Source of the DNA: Candidatus Latescibacterota bacterium
GTDB taxonomy: Bacteria; Latescibacterota; UBA2968; UBA8231
Assembly (NCBI GenBank): GCA_965221775.1
Contig: CBDCSU010000006.1
Coordinates: forward strand, 832,001 to 896,000
DNA: 64,000 nt
Direction: 5' to 3'
Shown here: positions 29,283 through 40,596 of the stretch, piece by piece
Layout: the number at the start of each line of letters is the position of its first letter
How positions within the stretch are numbered: position 1 is the first letter of the stretch
Position numbers and translations under genes: made by a program
Notes under the pieces: model-generated
Seen by the model: only the letters and a program-made list of their open reading frames with translations
Told to the model about the DNA's origin: nothing
Database searches by the model: none

Positions 29283-29324
29283 TTGACACCTGCAATGATG
29301 TTCAGTAACATATACACATGTTCA
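29283..29324 (+). promoter_or_regulatory. sigma70 promoter with overlapping LexA-like imperfect palindrome
   Basis: TTGACA-17 nt-TAACAT. TATACACATGTTCA begins on the last T of the -10 box. A second TGTTCA half-site lies in the spacer. Confidence 0.5.
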
Positions 29325-29470
29325 GCATTGCTCTGCACATCGTCATCCAGCCCCGGTTGCGGTTCGTCTCGGTGCCGTCCGCGCCGGTGGACCGCCTCGC
29401 CCGCGCCCTCACGGCAGCCTCCGCGGCCTACCTGGTGGCGCGCATCGGCTCGGAGCTGCTCCCGATCTGA
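29318..29470 (+). CDS. Putative leaderless 50-aa hydrophobic peptide (not in ORF track)
   Basis: MFSIALHIVIQPRLRFVSVPSAPVDRLARALTAASAAYLVARIGSELLPI*. ATG lies 7 nt after the -10 box. GC3-rich codons. Confidence 0.45.
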   Translation: MFSIALHIVIQPRLRFVSVPSAPVDRLARALTAASAAYLVARIGSELLPI

Positions 29471-29633
29471 GGCGCCCCCGCCGCACCCGCCGCCACCTTT
29501 GACTTCCGGCGGCCCCCGGTGGCATTATTGTTGTATGGAGGTTGGCGGGGGGTTCGCGTGCGCCCCCGGCTCGGCCTCCGGCCGCTCGCGGCCCCCTCGC
29601 CCCTTTCGGCTCAACCGGGATTCCGCTCGAAAC

Positions 29634-30098
29634 GTGCAGGAGAAGGCCCTCTGTCTGCTGGCGGGTGCGGCGTGCACGGCGCTGCTGGGGGTCCGGTTCT
29701 GGCCCGGAGCGCAGGCCCCGGAGGCCCCGGCGCCGCCGCCGGAGGCCCCGCCCGCCGAGGTTTCCCCCCCCATCCGCCTCGATGGTTTCCAGTTGGCCGT
29801 CCTCAACGGCTGCGGTGCCTCCCTGGTGGCGGCGCGCATGACCGACAAGGCCCGGTCCCTCGGACTCGACGTCATCCACGAGGGCAACGCCTCCAGCTTC
29901 GACTTCGTCGAGTCCGTCGTCATCGACCGCAACGGCGACCTGGAGAAAGCGCGCCACGTCGCCCGCCTCCTCGGGATTCCCGGAGCCATCCAGCAGCTCA
30001 GCGACGACGACTACCGGCTCGAGGCGGTCACCGTCGTCATCGGCCGCGACTACCGGCGCCTGGGGCTGTTCGACTCCTCCTCCGGGCCGTCGAATTGA
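29634..30098 (+). CDS. LytR C-terminal domain protein
   Basis: TM helix, then VLNGCG..A....L...G....GNA...VTVVIGRDY. Start uncertain (GTG 29634). Confidence 0.8.
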   Translation: MQEKALCLLAGAACTALLGVRFWPGAQAPEAPAPPPEAPPAEVSPPIRLDGFQLAVLNGCGASLVAARMTDKARSLGLDVIHEGNASSFDFVESVVIDRNGDLEKARHVARLLGIPGAIQQLSDDDYRLEAVTVVIGRDYRRLGLFDSSSGPSN

Positions 30099-30510
30099 CC
30101 GCCGCCGCCCTCCGGGCCGACCCCCTGCTGGGGCCCATCCTCGAGACCCTGCGCGACAGGAAGGCCCTCGACCTCGTGGTCATCGACCTGCGCGGGATCA
30201 GCGACACCGCCGACTACTTCGTCCTCTGCTCGGGCACCTCCGAGCCCCATATCCGGTCCCTGACCGACGACCTTGTGGAACAGCTGCGCGGACAGGGGCA
30301 GCGGCCGTGGCACGTCGAGGGCCGCCAGGCCCTGCGCTGGGTCCTCGTCGACTTCGTGGACGTGGTCGTCCACATCTTCGGCCGCGAGGCGCGCGAGTTC
30401 TACGCTCTCGAACGCCTGTGGGGCGACGCCCCGGCCACGCGCCTGCCCGACGGCTGGGAGGAGGAGCTGCCGGCGGCCGAGGACGCCCTGGTGACGGAGG
30501 AGGGACGCGG

Positions 30511-30514
<4 letters not shown>
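30095..30514 (+). CDS. rsfS: Ribosome silencing factor RsfS
   Basis: KALDLVVIDL, DYFVLCSG, WVLVDFVDVVVHIF..EAREFYALERLWGDA. Confidence 0.95.
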
Positions 30515-31572
<1,058 letters not shown>

Positions 31573-31574
31573 GG

Positions 31575-32393
31575 ATGGCGCGCGCCGGGACGGTCATCCT
31601 CATCGGCGGCCTGACGATCGCCGCCCTGGCGCACCCGGCCGCCTCGCAGTTCCGCGACGACTTCGACCCCGCCCGCTTCCGCGAGGATCTCATCCTCATC
31701 CAGCCGCGGTTCACGCCGCCGGAGCTGCTGCCGGGCCCGCCCTCCGCGGCCGGCCCCGAGGCGGCTCCCGATTCGCTGGGGACGGCCTGGCGCGTGCAGG
31801 TCATCAGCCTGAGCCGCGAGGAGGGGGCGCGGGAGATCGCCGCCGGCCTCGGAAGCCGCCTGGGGCTGGCCGTCGACGTCGTCCCCCACCGAGGGCTGTA
31901 CTCGGTGGTCGCCGGCCGCTTCGCCGACCGCGCCGGGGCCGACCGCCTGCGCCGGGAGCTGGCCGCCCTGGGCGCGGACTTCTCCCAGGCCTTCGTCGTC
32001 GCCGACAGCACCGCCGCGGCCCCCGACGCCGAAGCGCCGCCGCCGCCCGCCGTGCCTGAGGAGGTCGAATCCCCAGACGCCGAGGAGGTCGAAGCCCCCG
32101 CCGCGACGGAGGAGCCGCCGCCCGAGATGGTGCGCCTCCAGGGATGGCGGGTCCTGATCGCCCAGCACATGCGCCTCGAGGACGCCCGCGACCTGCGCGA
32201 CCGGGCCGCGGCCCGGCTCGAGCGCCAGGACGTGGACATCCGCTTCGAGGAGCCGTGGTACAAGATCCTGGCCGGCAGCTTCCGCACCTCCGCGGCGGCG
32301 CAGCAGTTCGCCGACCGCTGCCGCCGGCTGGGCTACCGCAGCGCCACCCGGATCCAGGCGGAGATCCTCATCCCCGAAGAGGAGCGGCCTTGA
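31575..32393 (+). CDS. Secreted SPOR domain protein (two SPOR domains)
   Basis: Signal peptide. WRVQVI...YSVVAGRF and WRVLI...WYKILAGSF repeats. Confidence 0.75.
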   Translation: MARAGTVILIGGLTIAALAHPAASQFRDDFDPARFREDLILIQPRFTPPELLPGPPSAAGPEAAPDSLGTAWRVQVISLSREEGAREIAAGLGSRLGLAVDVVPHRGLYSVVAGRFADRAGADRLRRELAALGADFSQAFVVADSTAAAPDAEAPPPPAVPEEVESPDAEEVEAPAATEEPPPEMVRLQGWRVLIAQHMRLEDARDLRDRAAARLERQDVDIRFEEPWYKILAGSFRTSAAAQQFADRCRRLGYRSATRIQAEILIPEEERP

Positions 32394-34393
32394 GGTTTCT
32401 GCCCGCCGTCATCGCCGTCGCCGCGGTTCAGTGGACCGCCTGCGCCAGCCTCCACGCGCCCCGCCAGCCGGCCCCCGAGGCCGCCCCCGAGCCGGGGCCC
32501 CGCGCCGCCGAGGTCGATCCATCGCGCGAGCCCGAGTTCGACGCCGCCCTGCGCGAGGCCCGCTGGCGCTGGCTGCGCGCCCTCGACGAGCTCCGCGCCG
32601 AGCGCCACGACCGCGCCCGCGAGGAGCTGGACCAGGCCTACTACACCCTGGCCCTGATCGACGGCAGCCCCATCCTCGACGAGCTCGGCGAGCGCGACGG
32701 CCAGGCCGAGGTCGACGCCCTGGCCGCCGACCTCGGGCGCGCCTACCTGAAGGTCCTGCCCTTCGTCGAGCACCTCTCCCCCGACAGCCCCCTGTCCCTC
32801 GTGCTCTCCGAGCTGGCCGACGAAGTCCTGGAGGAGCTGCCGGAGGACGCCGTCCCCCTCGTGCGCATCCACCAGATGGCCCCCCGGTGCGACTTCCCCA
32901 TCGACGCCAACGACCGCGTCGCCGCCAGCATCCACTTCTTCCAGACCCGCGCCCGCGAGACCTGGCAGGCCTGGACCCGGCGGGCGGGGCGCTACCGGGA
33001 CCTGATCCTGCCCGTCCTGCGCGAGGAAGGGCTGCCCGAGGATCTGTTCTACCTGTCCATGATCGAGAGCGGCTTCAACCCGCGGGCCTACTCGCGGGCC
33101 CACGCCTCCGGCCTGTGGCAGTTCATCCGGCAGACCGGCCGTCTCGAGGGACTGGTGATCGACAGCTGGGTCGACGAGCGCCGGGATCCGGTGAAGTCGA
33201 CGCGCGCCGCGGTGCAGCACCTGAAGGGCCTGTACGCCGAGTTCGGCGACTGGCGCCTGGCGGCGGCGGCCTACAACTCCGGCCGCGGCCGGGTGAGCCG
33301 GGCCATCCAGCGGGCCGGCACCACCGACTTCTGGCAGCTTCCCCTGCCCCGGGAGACCCGCAACTACGTGCCCCTGATCATGGCCGCGGCGGTCATCTCC
33401 AAGGACCCGCAGCGCTTCGGCTTCGATCCGGTCGAGCCGGACCCGCCGATCCTCTGGGAACACGTGCGGCTGCGGGAGCTGATCGACCTGAACACCGCCG
33501 CCCGGCTCCTCGGCGTGTCCGTGAGTCTCCTGCGCAACCTCAATCCGGAGCTGCGCAGCCTCTTCACCCCTTACCGGCCCGAGAGCGGCTACCTGCTCAA
33601 GGTGCCCGAGGGCCGCGGCGACGACTTCCTGGCCGCCTTGGCGCGGCTGCCGAAGTCGGAGAAGCGCGGGGTCGCGCGGTACACGGTCCGGCAAGGCGAC
33701 AACCTCTGGAGCATCGCCCGCGCCTTCGGGGTGGACCACCGGCGGCTGGCCGAGGCCAACGGGCTCTCCGGGCGCTCCCTGATCCATCCCGGGCGGACCC
33801 TCGTGGTCCCGATCGTGAGGGGGGCCGCCATCCCGGGCTCGACCCCGGCGCCGGAGGGGGGCGCGGTGCACACCGTCCGCTCCGGCGAGTCCCTGTGGTC
33901 GATCAGCCGGCGCTACGGCGTCCGCGTGGAGGACCTGCGCGCCTGGAACGGGCTTGCCGACAACCTCCTGCAGCCGGGGCAGAAGCTCAACGTGGGCCGC
34001 GGAGCGCTGGTGACGCGCCAGCGGTCGCCCGGGGGAGGCGATGCCCCCGCCCCGGCGGTCCGCGCCGGCCGCCGCGTGCACACCGTCAGCCGGGGCGAGT
34101 CGCTGTGGTCGATCTCGCGGACCCACCTGGTGACGGTGGCCGACCTCCGGCTCTGGAACGGGCTCGCCGACGACGTCATCCGCCCGGGGCAGAGCCTGTA
34201 CCTGGCCGGCGCCGGCTCGGCCGGTGGCGGCTCCTACACCGTGGTGGGGGGGGACACGCTCTACGGCATCGCCCGCCGCTTCGGCGTCGACGTCGCCGAT
34301 ATCGCCCGGCGGAACAACCTGAGCCTGTCGTCGGCCCTGCTCATCGGCATGGAGCTGCACATCCCCGTCGGCGAGGCGCTCGAGGGGCCCTGA
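32390..34393 (+). CDS. mltD: MltD-like lytic transglycosylase with LysM repeats
   Basis: IESGFNPRAYSRAHASGLWQF, AAYNSG, ETRNYVP and four LysM repeats. TTG start inferred. Confidence 0.88.
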   Translation: MRFLPAVIAVAAVQWTACASLHAPRQPAPEAAPEPGPRAAEVDPSREPEFDAALREARWRWLRALDELRAERHDRAREELDQAYYTLALIDGSPILDELGERDGQAEVDALAADLGRAYLKVLPFVEHLSPDSPLSLVLSELADEVLEELPEDAVPLVRIHQMAPRCDFPIDANDRVAASIHFFQTRARETWQAWTRRAGRYRDLILPVLREEGLPEDLFYLSMIESGFNPRAYSRAHASGLWQFIRQTGRLEGLVIDSWVDERRDPVKSTRAAVQHLKGLYAEFGDWRLAAAAYNSGRGRVSRAIQRAGTTDFWQLPLPRETRNYVPLIMAAAVISKDPQRFGFDPVEPDPPILWEHVRLRELIDLNTAARLLGVSVSLLRNLNPELRSLFTPYRPESGYLLKVPEGRGDDFLAALARLPKSEKRGVARYTVRQGDNLWSIARAFGVDHRRLAEANGLSGRSLIHPGRTLVVPIVRGAAIPGSTPAPEGGAVHTVRSGESLWSISRRYGVRVEDLRAWNGLADNLLQPGQKLNVGRGALVTRQRSPGGGDAPAPAVRAGRRVHTVSRGESLWSISRTHLVTVADLRLWNGLADDVIRPGQSLYLAGAGSAGGGSYTVVGGDTLYGIARRFGVDVADIARRNNLSLSSALLIGMELHIPVGEALEGP

Positions 34394-34878
34394 TGCTCCC
34401 CGTCGCGCGCCACGTCCTCTTCCTCGCCCTGGCCTTCATCCTCCAGTCGACCTGGATCCACCACCTGCAGGTCGCCGGGGTCATGCCCGATCTCGTGCTC
34501 ATGGTGGTCGTCTTCGTCGCCCTCATTTCGGGCCCCCTGGAGGCGACGGTCCTGGGCTTTCTGGCCGGGCTCTGCCAGGATGCCTACTCCCCTCCGGACC
34601 TGGGCCTGAACGCCCTGGCCAAGTCCCTCGTGGGGTTCGGCGTCGGAGCCACCCGCGAGGGCCTGCTGGCCGACACCGTCCAGGTGCAGGTGGGCGTGCT
34701 CGTGGCCGCCGTGCTCGTCCACGATCTCATCTACTACATCGGCGCCAGCTCGACCTCCTTCGAGGAGGTGCCCGGCATGATGTTCCGCTTCAGCCTCGGG
34801 CGCGCCCTCTACACCGGCCTCATCGGTCTGATCGCCGCCCTGGCGATCCGCCTGCGCCGACGGGTGATCGCCGACTAG
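34393..34878 (+). CDS. mreD: Rod shape-determining protein MreD
   Basis: PDLVL, GFLAGLCQD, LGLNAL. Lies directly upstream of PBP2. Confidence 0.85.
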   Translation: MLPVARHVLFLALAFILQSTWIHHLQVAGVMPDLVLMVVVFVALISGPLEATVLGFLAGLCQDAYSPPDLGLNALAKSLVGFGVGATREGLLADTVQVQVGVLVAAVLVHDLIYYIGASSTSFEEVPGMMFRFSLGRALYTGLIGLIAALAIRLRRRVIAD

Positions 34879-34884
34879 CGCGCC

Positions 34885-36642
34885 ATGGACCCCGAGGCCC
34901 TCCAGGGCTTCTTCCGCAGGACCCGCCTCGTCGCCGTGGTGGCCGTGCTCTTCGCCATCCTCCTGGTGCGCCTGTTCCACCTGCAGATCCTGGAGGGCGC
35001 CGGCTATGCCCAGGCCGCGGAGGACAACCGCATCGCCCGCAAGCGCCTGAAGGCGCCCCGGGGGCTGATCCTCGACCGGGACGGCGAGATCCTGGCGCGC
35101 GACCGGGCCTCGTACGGCATCCTCCTGACCCGGGGGCGGCGCGCGGTGGACTCCATGGCCGTCGCCGCTCTCGAAGAGGCCGTCGGCCACCCCCTTCGCT
35201 ACGACCGCGGCCGGCGCACCCTCCGCCTGAAGCGGGACGTCGACTTCCGCACCGTGGCCATCGTCGAGGAGCGCCTGAGGGAGGACTGGGCCCTGCAGGT
35301 GCAGATCGAGCCGCAGCGGCTCTATCCCCACGGCCCCCTGACGGCGCACGTGATCGGCTACATGGGTGAGCTGCAGGAGGCGGAGCTGGGCGGAGGGCCG
35401 CACCACGTGGCCGGAGACTACGTCGGCAAGACCGGGCTGGAGCGCGACTTCGAGGACAGCCTGCGAGGGCTGGACGGGGTGGCCTACGTCGAGGTCGACG
35501 CGGGGCAGCGCATCCAGAACGAGCACCCCTTCCCCGACCGCGACCGGCCGGCGCGGCCGGGCGGCTCCCTGCAGCTGACGCTGGACCTGGACCTGCAGCG
35601 GGCGGCGGTGGGGGCGATGCCCGATTCGCTGGCCGGCAGCGTCGTCGCCCTCGACGTGCGCACCGGGGCGGTCCGCGCCCTGGTGAGCTACCCCTCCTTC
35701 GACCCCAACGCCTTCGTCTCCTTCGGGGCCCAGGCCGACCGCGTGCGGCTGATGCGCGACCCGGCCCGGCCCCTCCTGAACCGGGCCATCCGCGGGCGCT
35801 ATCCGCCCGGATCGACGCTGAAGATGGTCGCCGCGGCGGCGGCGCTGGAGAGAGGTCTCACCGATACCCTGTCCACCTTCCCCCCGTGCTACGGGTCGAT
35901 GTCGATGGGCGATGTCGTGTTCCGCTGCGCCAGCCGCCGGGGGCACGGCGAGCTCGGCCTCCTGGAGGCGATGGAGACCTCCTGCAACATCTACTTCTAC
36001 CACCTCGCCCAGCTCCTGGGGATCGATGCCTGGCACGACTACGGACGGCGCCTGGGCCTCGGCTCCCCCACCGGCATCGACCTCGACCCCGGCGAGGTCT
36101 CCGGCCAGCTCCCCGACCGCCGGTTCTACGCCGACCGTCAGGGCTGGGCCCTGGGCTACCTGATGAACCTGGTCATCGGGCAGGGGGAGACCCTGGTGAC
36201 CCCGCTGCAGGTGGCCCGCTACGTGGCCGCCCTCGCCAACGGCGGCTATCTCGTCACCCCGCACCTGCACGGCCGGCCGCCGCCGGCGCAGCGGATCGAG
36301 GGCCTCTCGGCCTCCACCCTCGGCATCGTGCGGCGCGCCATGCACCGCGTCGTCCACGGAGACCGCGGCACCGGCCGAAGTGCCCGGATCGAGGGCCTGG
36401 CGATCGCCGGCAAGTCGGGGACCGCCCAGGGCCCGAACCGGGACGACGACGCCTGGTTCGTCGCCTTTGCTCCGTACCAGCGTCCCGAGATCGCCGTCGT
36501 CGCCGTCGTCGAAGGCGGGGGCGGCGGCGGCGCCGTGGCCGCGCCGGTGGTGCGCGCCGTCCTCGAGGCGTGGCTGGCCGACCGCGCCGACAAGCGCTCC
36601 ATGGCGGCGGCTCCCGCCGCGGCAGGGGAAGAGGGATCGTGA
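34885..36642 (+). CDS. mrdA: Penicillin-binding protein 2
   Basis: APRGLILDRDG, YPPGSTLK (SxxK), SCN, KSGTAQ. Confidence 0.92.
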   Translation: MDPEALQGFFRRTRLVAVVAVLFAILLVRLFHLQILEGAGYAQAAEDNRIARKRLKAPRGLILDRDGEILARDRASYGILLTRGRRAVDSMAVAALEEAVGHPLRYDRGRRTLRLKRDVDFRTVAIVEERLREDWALQVQIEPQRLYPHGPLTAHVIGYMGELQEAELGGGPHHVAGDYVGKTGLERDFEDSLRGLDGVAYVEVDAGQRIQNEHPFPDRDRPARPGGSLQLTLDLDLQRAAVGAMPDSLAGSVVALDVRTGAVRALVSYPSFDPNAFVSFGAQADRVRLMRDPARPLLNRAIRGRYPPGSTLKMVAAAAALERGLTDTLSTFPPCYGSMSMGDVVFRCASRRGHGELGLLEAMETSCNIYFYHLAQLLGIDAWHDYGRRLGLGSPTGIDLDPGEVSGQLPDRRFYADRQGWALGYLMNLVIGQGETLVTPLQVARYVAALANGGYLVTPHLHGRPPPAQRIEGLSASTLGIVRRAMHRVVHGDRGTGRSARIEGLAIAGKSGTAQGPNRDDDAWFVAFAPYQRPEIAVVAVVEGGGGGGAVAAPVVRAVLEAWLADRADKRSMAAAPAAAGEEGS

Positions 36643-37850
36643 GGGCCCGGGAGCTGGACGTGGCCCTGGTCCTGGCCGCGGCCGCCATCATCGCCTGCGG
36701 CGTCACCATGGTCTACAGCGCCGCCGGCTCCGGACTGTGGCGCCATCAGGCGGTGGTCGCCATCGTCGCCCTGGCCGCGGCCCTGGCCGTGGCCTACCTG
36801 CCCCCCACGGCGTTCTACGAGATCGCCTACCCGGTGTACGCCGCCGGCCTCGTGAGCCTGCTCCTGGTGCTGGTCTGGGGCTCCGGCGAACCGGCCCGCT
36901 GGCTGGCCCTGGGCCCGGTGCGGATGCAGCCGTCGGAGTTCGCCAAGATCGGCGTCGTCCTGGCCCTGGCCCGGTTCTTCGCGGACCGATCCGCCGAGCA
37001 GGCCGGACGGCCGCGGGCGATCGCCCAGGCCCTGCTCCTGCCGGTCCTGCCCATGCTCCTGGTGCGCCATCAGCCGGACCTGGGCACGGCCGTCTCCTAC
37101 GGGGCGGCCTTCGTGCCGATGCTCTACTGGGCGGGGGTGAGGCCCCTTCACATCTTCTTCCTCCTGGCCCCGGCCCTGAGCGTGTTCTTCTCCTTCGAGC
37201 CCCTGTGGCAGGACCGGGCGCCGGTCATCTTCGCCCTCTTCATCCTCGCCAGCTCGGTCGTCATCCAGGTACGGCTCGTGCGGCTGTGGATCACCTTCGC
37301 CATGCTCTTCGTCAACCTGACCGCGGGGCTGGCCACGGCCCTGTGGACCAACCTCCTCCACGACTACCAGAAGGCCCGCATCCTCACCTTCCTCGACCCC
37401 GAGAGCGATCCCCTGGGAGCCGGCTGGAACATCATCCAGTCGAAGATCGCCATCGGTTCGGGGGGGCCCACGGGCCGGGGGTTCCTGCAGGGCACGCAGA
37501 CCAACTACGAGTTCCTGCCGGTGGCCCACACGGACTTCATCTTCTCCGTCATCGGCGAGGAGTTCGGTTTCCTCGGCGGCGCCGCCATCCTCGTCCTCTT
37601 CCTCCTCATCATCTGCCGCTGCCTGCACATCGCCACCCTGGCCAACAGCCGGTTCTCCAGCCTGCTGGCGGTGGGCGTGGCCTCGATGCTCACCTTCCAC
37701 GTCTTCGTCAACGTGGGCATGACCATCGGCGTCCTGCCGATCACCGGCCTGCCCCTGCCCTTCCTCAGCTACGGCGGCTCGTCGCTGCTGACCAACTGCT
37801 TCGCCGTGGGCCTGATGCTGCACATCTACGCCTGCCGCCACGAGTACTGA
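36639..37850 (+). CDS. rodA: Rod shape-determining SEDS protein RodA
   Basis: MQPSEFAK, QPDLGT, QSKIAIGSGG, HTDFIFSVIGEEFG, PFLSYGGSS. Confidence 0.95.
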   Translation: MRARELDVALVLAAAAIIACGVTMVYSAAGSGLWRHQAVVAIVALAAALAVAYLPPTAFYEIAYPVYAAGLVSLLLVLVWGSGEPARWLALGPVRMQPSEFAKIGVVLALARFFADRSAEQAGRPRAIAQALLLPVLPMLLVRHQPDLGTAVSYGAAFVPMLYWAGVRPLHIFFLLAPALSVFFSFEPLWQDRAPVIFALFILASSVVIQVRLVRLWITFAMLFVNLTAGLATALWTNLLHDYQKARILTFLDPESDPLGAGWNIIQSKIAIGSGGPTGRGFLQGTQTNYEFLPVAHTDFIFSVIGEEFGFLGGAAILVLFLLIICRCLHIATLANSRFSSLLAVGVASMLTFHVFVNVGMTIGVLPITGLPLPFLSYGGSSLLTNCFAVGLMLHIYACRHEY

Positions 37851-37854
37851 CGGC

Positions 37855-38937
37855 ATGCGCCCTCCGCCGCGGCTCTGGGCCGGCGCCGCCGCCGCCGTCT
37901 TCGTGGTGCAGAGCCACTGCGGCATGCCCGCCGTCCCCCACGGCAACCTGGCCCAGTGGTTCGCCGAGCGCGGCCTGCACGAGCGCGCCCTGGTCTCGGC
38001 CCGCCGGGCCGCGCGCGAGACTCCCCGGGACCCCCGGCCCCACGCCATCGCCGCCATCGCCCACGCCGGCCTGGGCGCCCGCCGCGAGGCGGTGGCCGCC
38101 CTCGAGCACGCCCTGCGCCTCGACCCGGACGACCCCCGCCTCTACGGGACCCTGCGCTCCCTGGCCGCCGGGTCGGGACAGGAAGCCCTGGCCCTCGAGG
38201 CGCTGCGGCGGCTCGAAGAGGACCGCCCCGGCCACTGGCTGCTGCGCCTGAACCTGGGGTGGGCCCATGCCGCCGCGGGCCACCGGGAAGAGGCGCTCCG
38301 CCGGCTCGAGGAGGTGGTGGAGAGCGCCGACTCGACGGCCCCCCGGGCCGAACGCACCCTCGCCCACTACGAGCTGAGCCGCCTCTACCTCGACGAGGAC
38401 CGCACCGGCGATGCCGCCCGGGTCCTGGAGAGCGGTCTCGGCCTCGATCCCGACGACCCCCTGCTGCTGCTGGGCGCCGGCGAGAGCCGCCTGCGGGCCG
38501 GGGAGCCGGAGCGCGCCCGCCGGCACTTCGCCCGCGCCCTCGACAACGCCGACGACATGGAGCGGACGGCTTCGAGCATCGCCAGGATCTACTACGACTC
38601 GGGACTCCGGGAGCTGGCCATCGAGTACTACGAGAAGGCGGCGGGCCGGAGCCGGCCCTCGCCCCTGGTGCTCAACAACCTCGCCTGGACCTATGCCGAG
38701 GCGGGCCTGCGCCTCGACCGCGCCCAGGAGCTGTCCCTGCGCGCGGTCAAGAGCGACGCCGACAACGTCGTCTACCTCGACACCTACGCGGAGGTCCTCT
38801 TCCGCCGGGGGCGGACCGGTCAGGCCATCGCCCTGATGCGCCGCTGCCTCGAGCTCGAGCCGGAGGACGGCGAGCACTACGAGTACCTGCGCGGCCAGAT
38901 GGCCCGCTTCGAAGCCGCCGCCGACTCGCTGCTCTAG
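37855..38937 (+). CDS. Tetratricopeptide repeat protein
   Basis: Multiple TPRs, including VLNNLAWTYA...YLDTYAEVLF. Confidence 0.8.
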   Translation: MRPPPRLWAGAAAAVFVVQSHCGMPAVPHGNLAQWFAERGLHERALVSARRAARETPRDPRPHAIAAIAHAGLGARREAVAALEHALRLDPDDPRLYGTLRSLAAGSGQEALALEALRRLEEDRPGHWLLRLNLGWAHAAAGHREEALRRLEEVVESADSTAPRAERTLAHYELSRLYLDEDRTGDAARVLESGLGLDPDDPLLLLGAGESRLRAGEPERARRHFARALDNADDMERTASSIARIYYDSGLRELAIEYYEKAAGRSRPSPLVLNNLAWTYAEAGLRLDRAQELSLRAVKSDADNVVYLDTYAEVLFRRGRTGQAIALMRRCLELEPEDGEHYEYLRGQMARFEAAADSLL

Positions 38938-40493
38938 CCGCGGCCCCCCGCCGGCCGGCGCAGCACCCGCTCCAGCAGCGCGCGGTCCTCCCTCTCCAGA
39001 CGCAGGGCCGCAAGCACGATCCCGTACACCAGGAGGAAGACCGCCGCCGAGGCCACCGCCCCCAGGGCGTGCCCGGCGGCGCCCGGCAGCCAGGCGGCCG
39101 CCGCGGCGGCGGCCGAGGCGGCGAGGAGGGGCTTGAGGAGGCTGCGGCGCAGGGGCCAGGTGCCGCGCACCACGTAGAGCTGCCCGAGGCGCCAGAGGTT
39201 GACCAGGAGCATCGACGCGGCGGCCCCCAGGGCCGCGCCGAGGGCGCCCCAGACCTCGATCAGCCACAGGTTGAGGCCGAAGTTCAGGGCCAGCCACAGG
39301 CCGTTGTTGAGGAAGTTGAGCCCCGGCCGCCCGGACATGGCCAGCAGCGGCTCGGCGACGGCGAAGACGCTGTGCACGGTCATGCCCACGCACAGCACGA
39401 CCAGCACCCGCAGGGCCAGGGTCAGGCCGGCCAGGTCGAGTCCGCCGGCGGCCAGCAGCGACAGCAACGGATCTCCCAGCAGCAGCAGACAGCCGGCCAG
39501 CGGCAGGTTCACGGTGAGGATCCAGCGGGCCACGGTGGCGAACCGGTCCCCCAGGGCTTCCTCCCGGCGGCGGAGGGAGAGATCGCTGACCACCGGGCTG
39601 AAGATGGCGTCGAAGGCCTGGGGCGCCTTGAGGACGATGCTCGCCGCCCGGCGGGCGAGGATGTAGACGGCCAGCACCCAGGGGTCGACGTACTTGGCGA
39701 GCATGAGCACGTCGAGCTGCGCGAGCAGGGAGTAGAGGAGGTCGGTGAGGGTGACGGGCACGCAGAAGCGGGTCAGGGGCCGCAGCGGCGGACTCCCGGC
39801 GGCCGCCCCCGCGGCGTCGAGGAGGGAGAAGTGGCGCCGGAAGTACCGGGCCGCCAGCAACAGGGTGCCGGCGCCCATGGCCAGCTGCACCCAGGCGATC
39901 GCCGCGAGCCCGAGGCCGGCGAGACCGACGGCGGTGCCTCCGGCGAAGAGGATGAGGGGCCCGGCCACGGAGCGGACGTAGACCTCGTAGCGCATGATGC
40001 GCAGGGCCCGGGTGGCGGCGGTGAGGACGCACCCCAGGGCCAGGCAGGGCGCGGTCCAGGCCATGATCCGCAGGACCCCGGCCACGGGCTTGTCGTAGAA
40101 GGCGGCGATGCGGTCGGCCAGCAGGGTCACGGCGGCGGCGACGGCGACGCCGGCGATGGCGGCCACCAGCAGGCCGGCGGCGATGGCGGCGCTCTCCCGG
40201 CGCCGGTCGCCCGAGGCGCGGGCGGCGGTGACGTGATAGACGACGCCGCGCTGCAGCCCGAAGCGGGCCAGGGTGTTGAGGGTGGAGCAGACGGCCCAGG
40301 CCATCGAGTAGAGGCCGACTACCTCGAGGCCGCAGAGGAGGGTGATCACCCACAGGAAGGCGCCGCGCGACAGGCGCGCCGCCTTGCCGGCGAGCACCAC
40401 CAGGGCGCCGCCGGCGAGATCGCGCAGGTCGTCCTCGTCGCCGCGGGACGGATCCGGGCCGGGGACCGCCGGGTCCAGGCCGGCCGTCGTCAT
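38934..40493 (-). CDS. Oligosaccharide flippase (Wzx/MOP family)
   Basis: Many TM helices, LDVLML, LNFGLNLWLIEVWGALGAALG. Confidence 0.8.
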   Translation of the reverse strand: MTTAGLDPAVPGPDPSRGDEDDLRDLAGGALVVLAGKAARLSRGAFLWVITLLCGLEVVGLYSMAWAVCSTLNTLARFGLQRGVVYHVTAARASGDRRRESAAIAAGLLVAAIAGVAVAAAVTLLADRIAAFYDKPVAGVLRIMAWTAPCLALGCVLTAATRALRIMRYEVYVRSVAGPLILFAGGTAVGLAGLGLAAIAWVQLAMGAGTLLLAARYFRRHFSLLDAAGAAAGSPPLRPLTRFCVPVTLTDLLYSLLAQLDVLMLAKYVDPWVLAVYILARRAASIVLKAPQAFDAIFSPVVSDLSLRRREEALGDRFATVARWILTVNLPLAGCLLLLGDPLLSLLAAGGLDLAGLTLALRVLVVLCVGMTVHSVFAVAEPLLAMSGRPGLNFLNNGLWLALNFGLNLWLIEVWGALGAALGAAASMLLVNLWRLGQLYVVRGTWPLRRSLLKPLLAASAAAAAAAWLPGAAGHALGAVASAAVFLLVYGIVLAALRLEREDRALLERVLRRPAGGRG

Positions 40494-40596
40494 CGGCCCC
40501 CTGACCCCGGGCCCCGGAGAACCGGACCTCCCGGTCTCACCTGGCGGCCGCGTCCGCGGGCGGCGGGCGCCCCCCGGCGAACCGCCCCTCCCGGAC

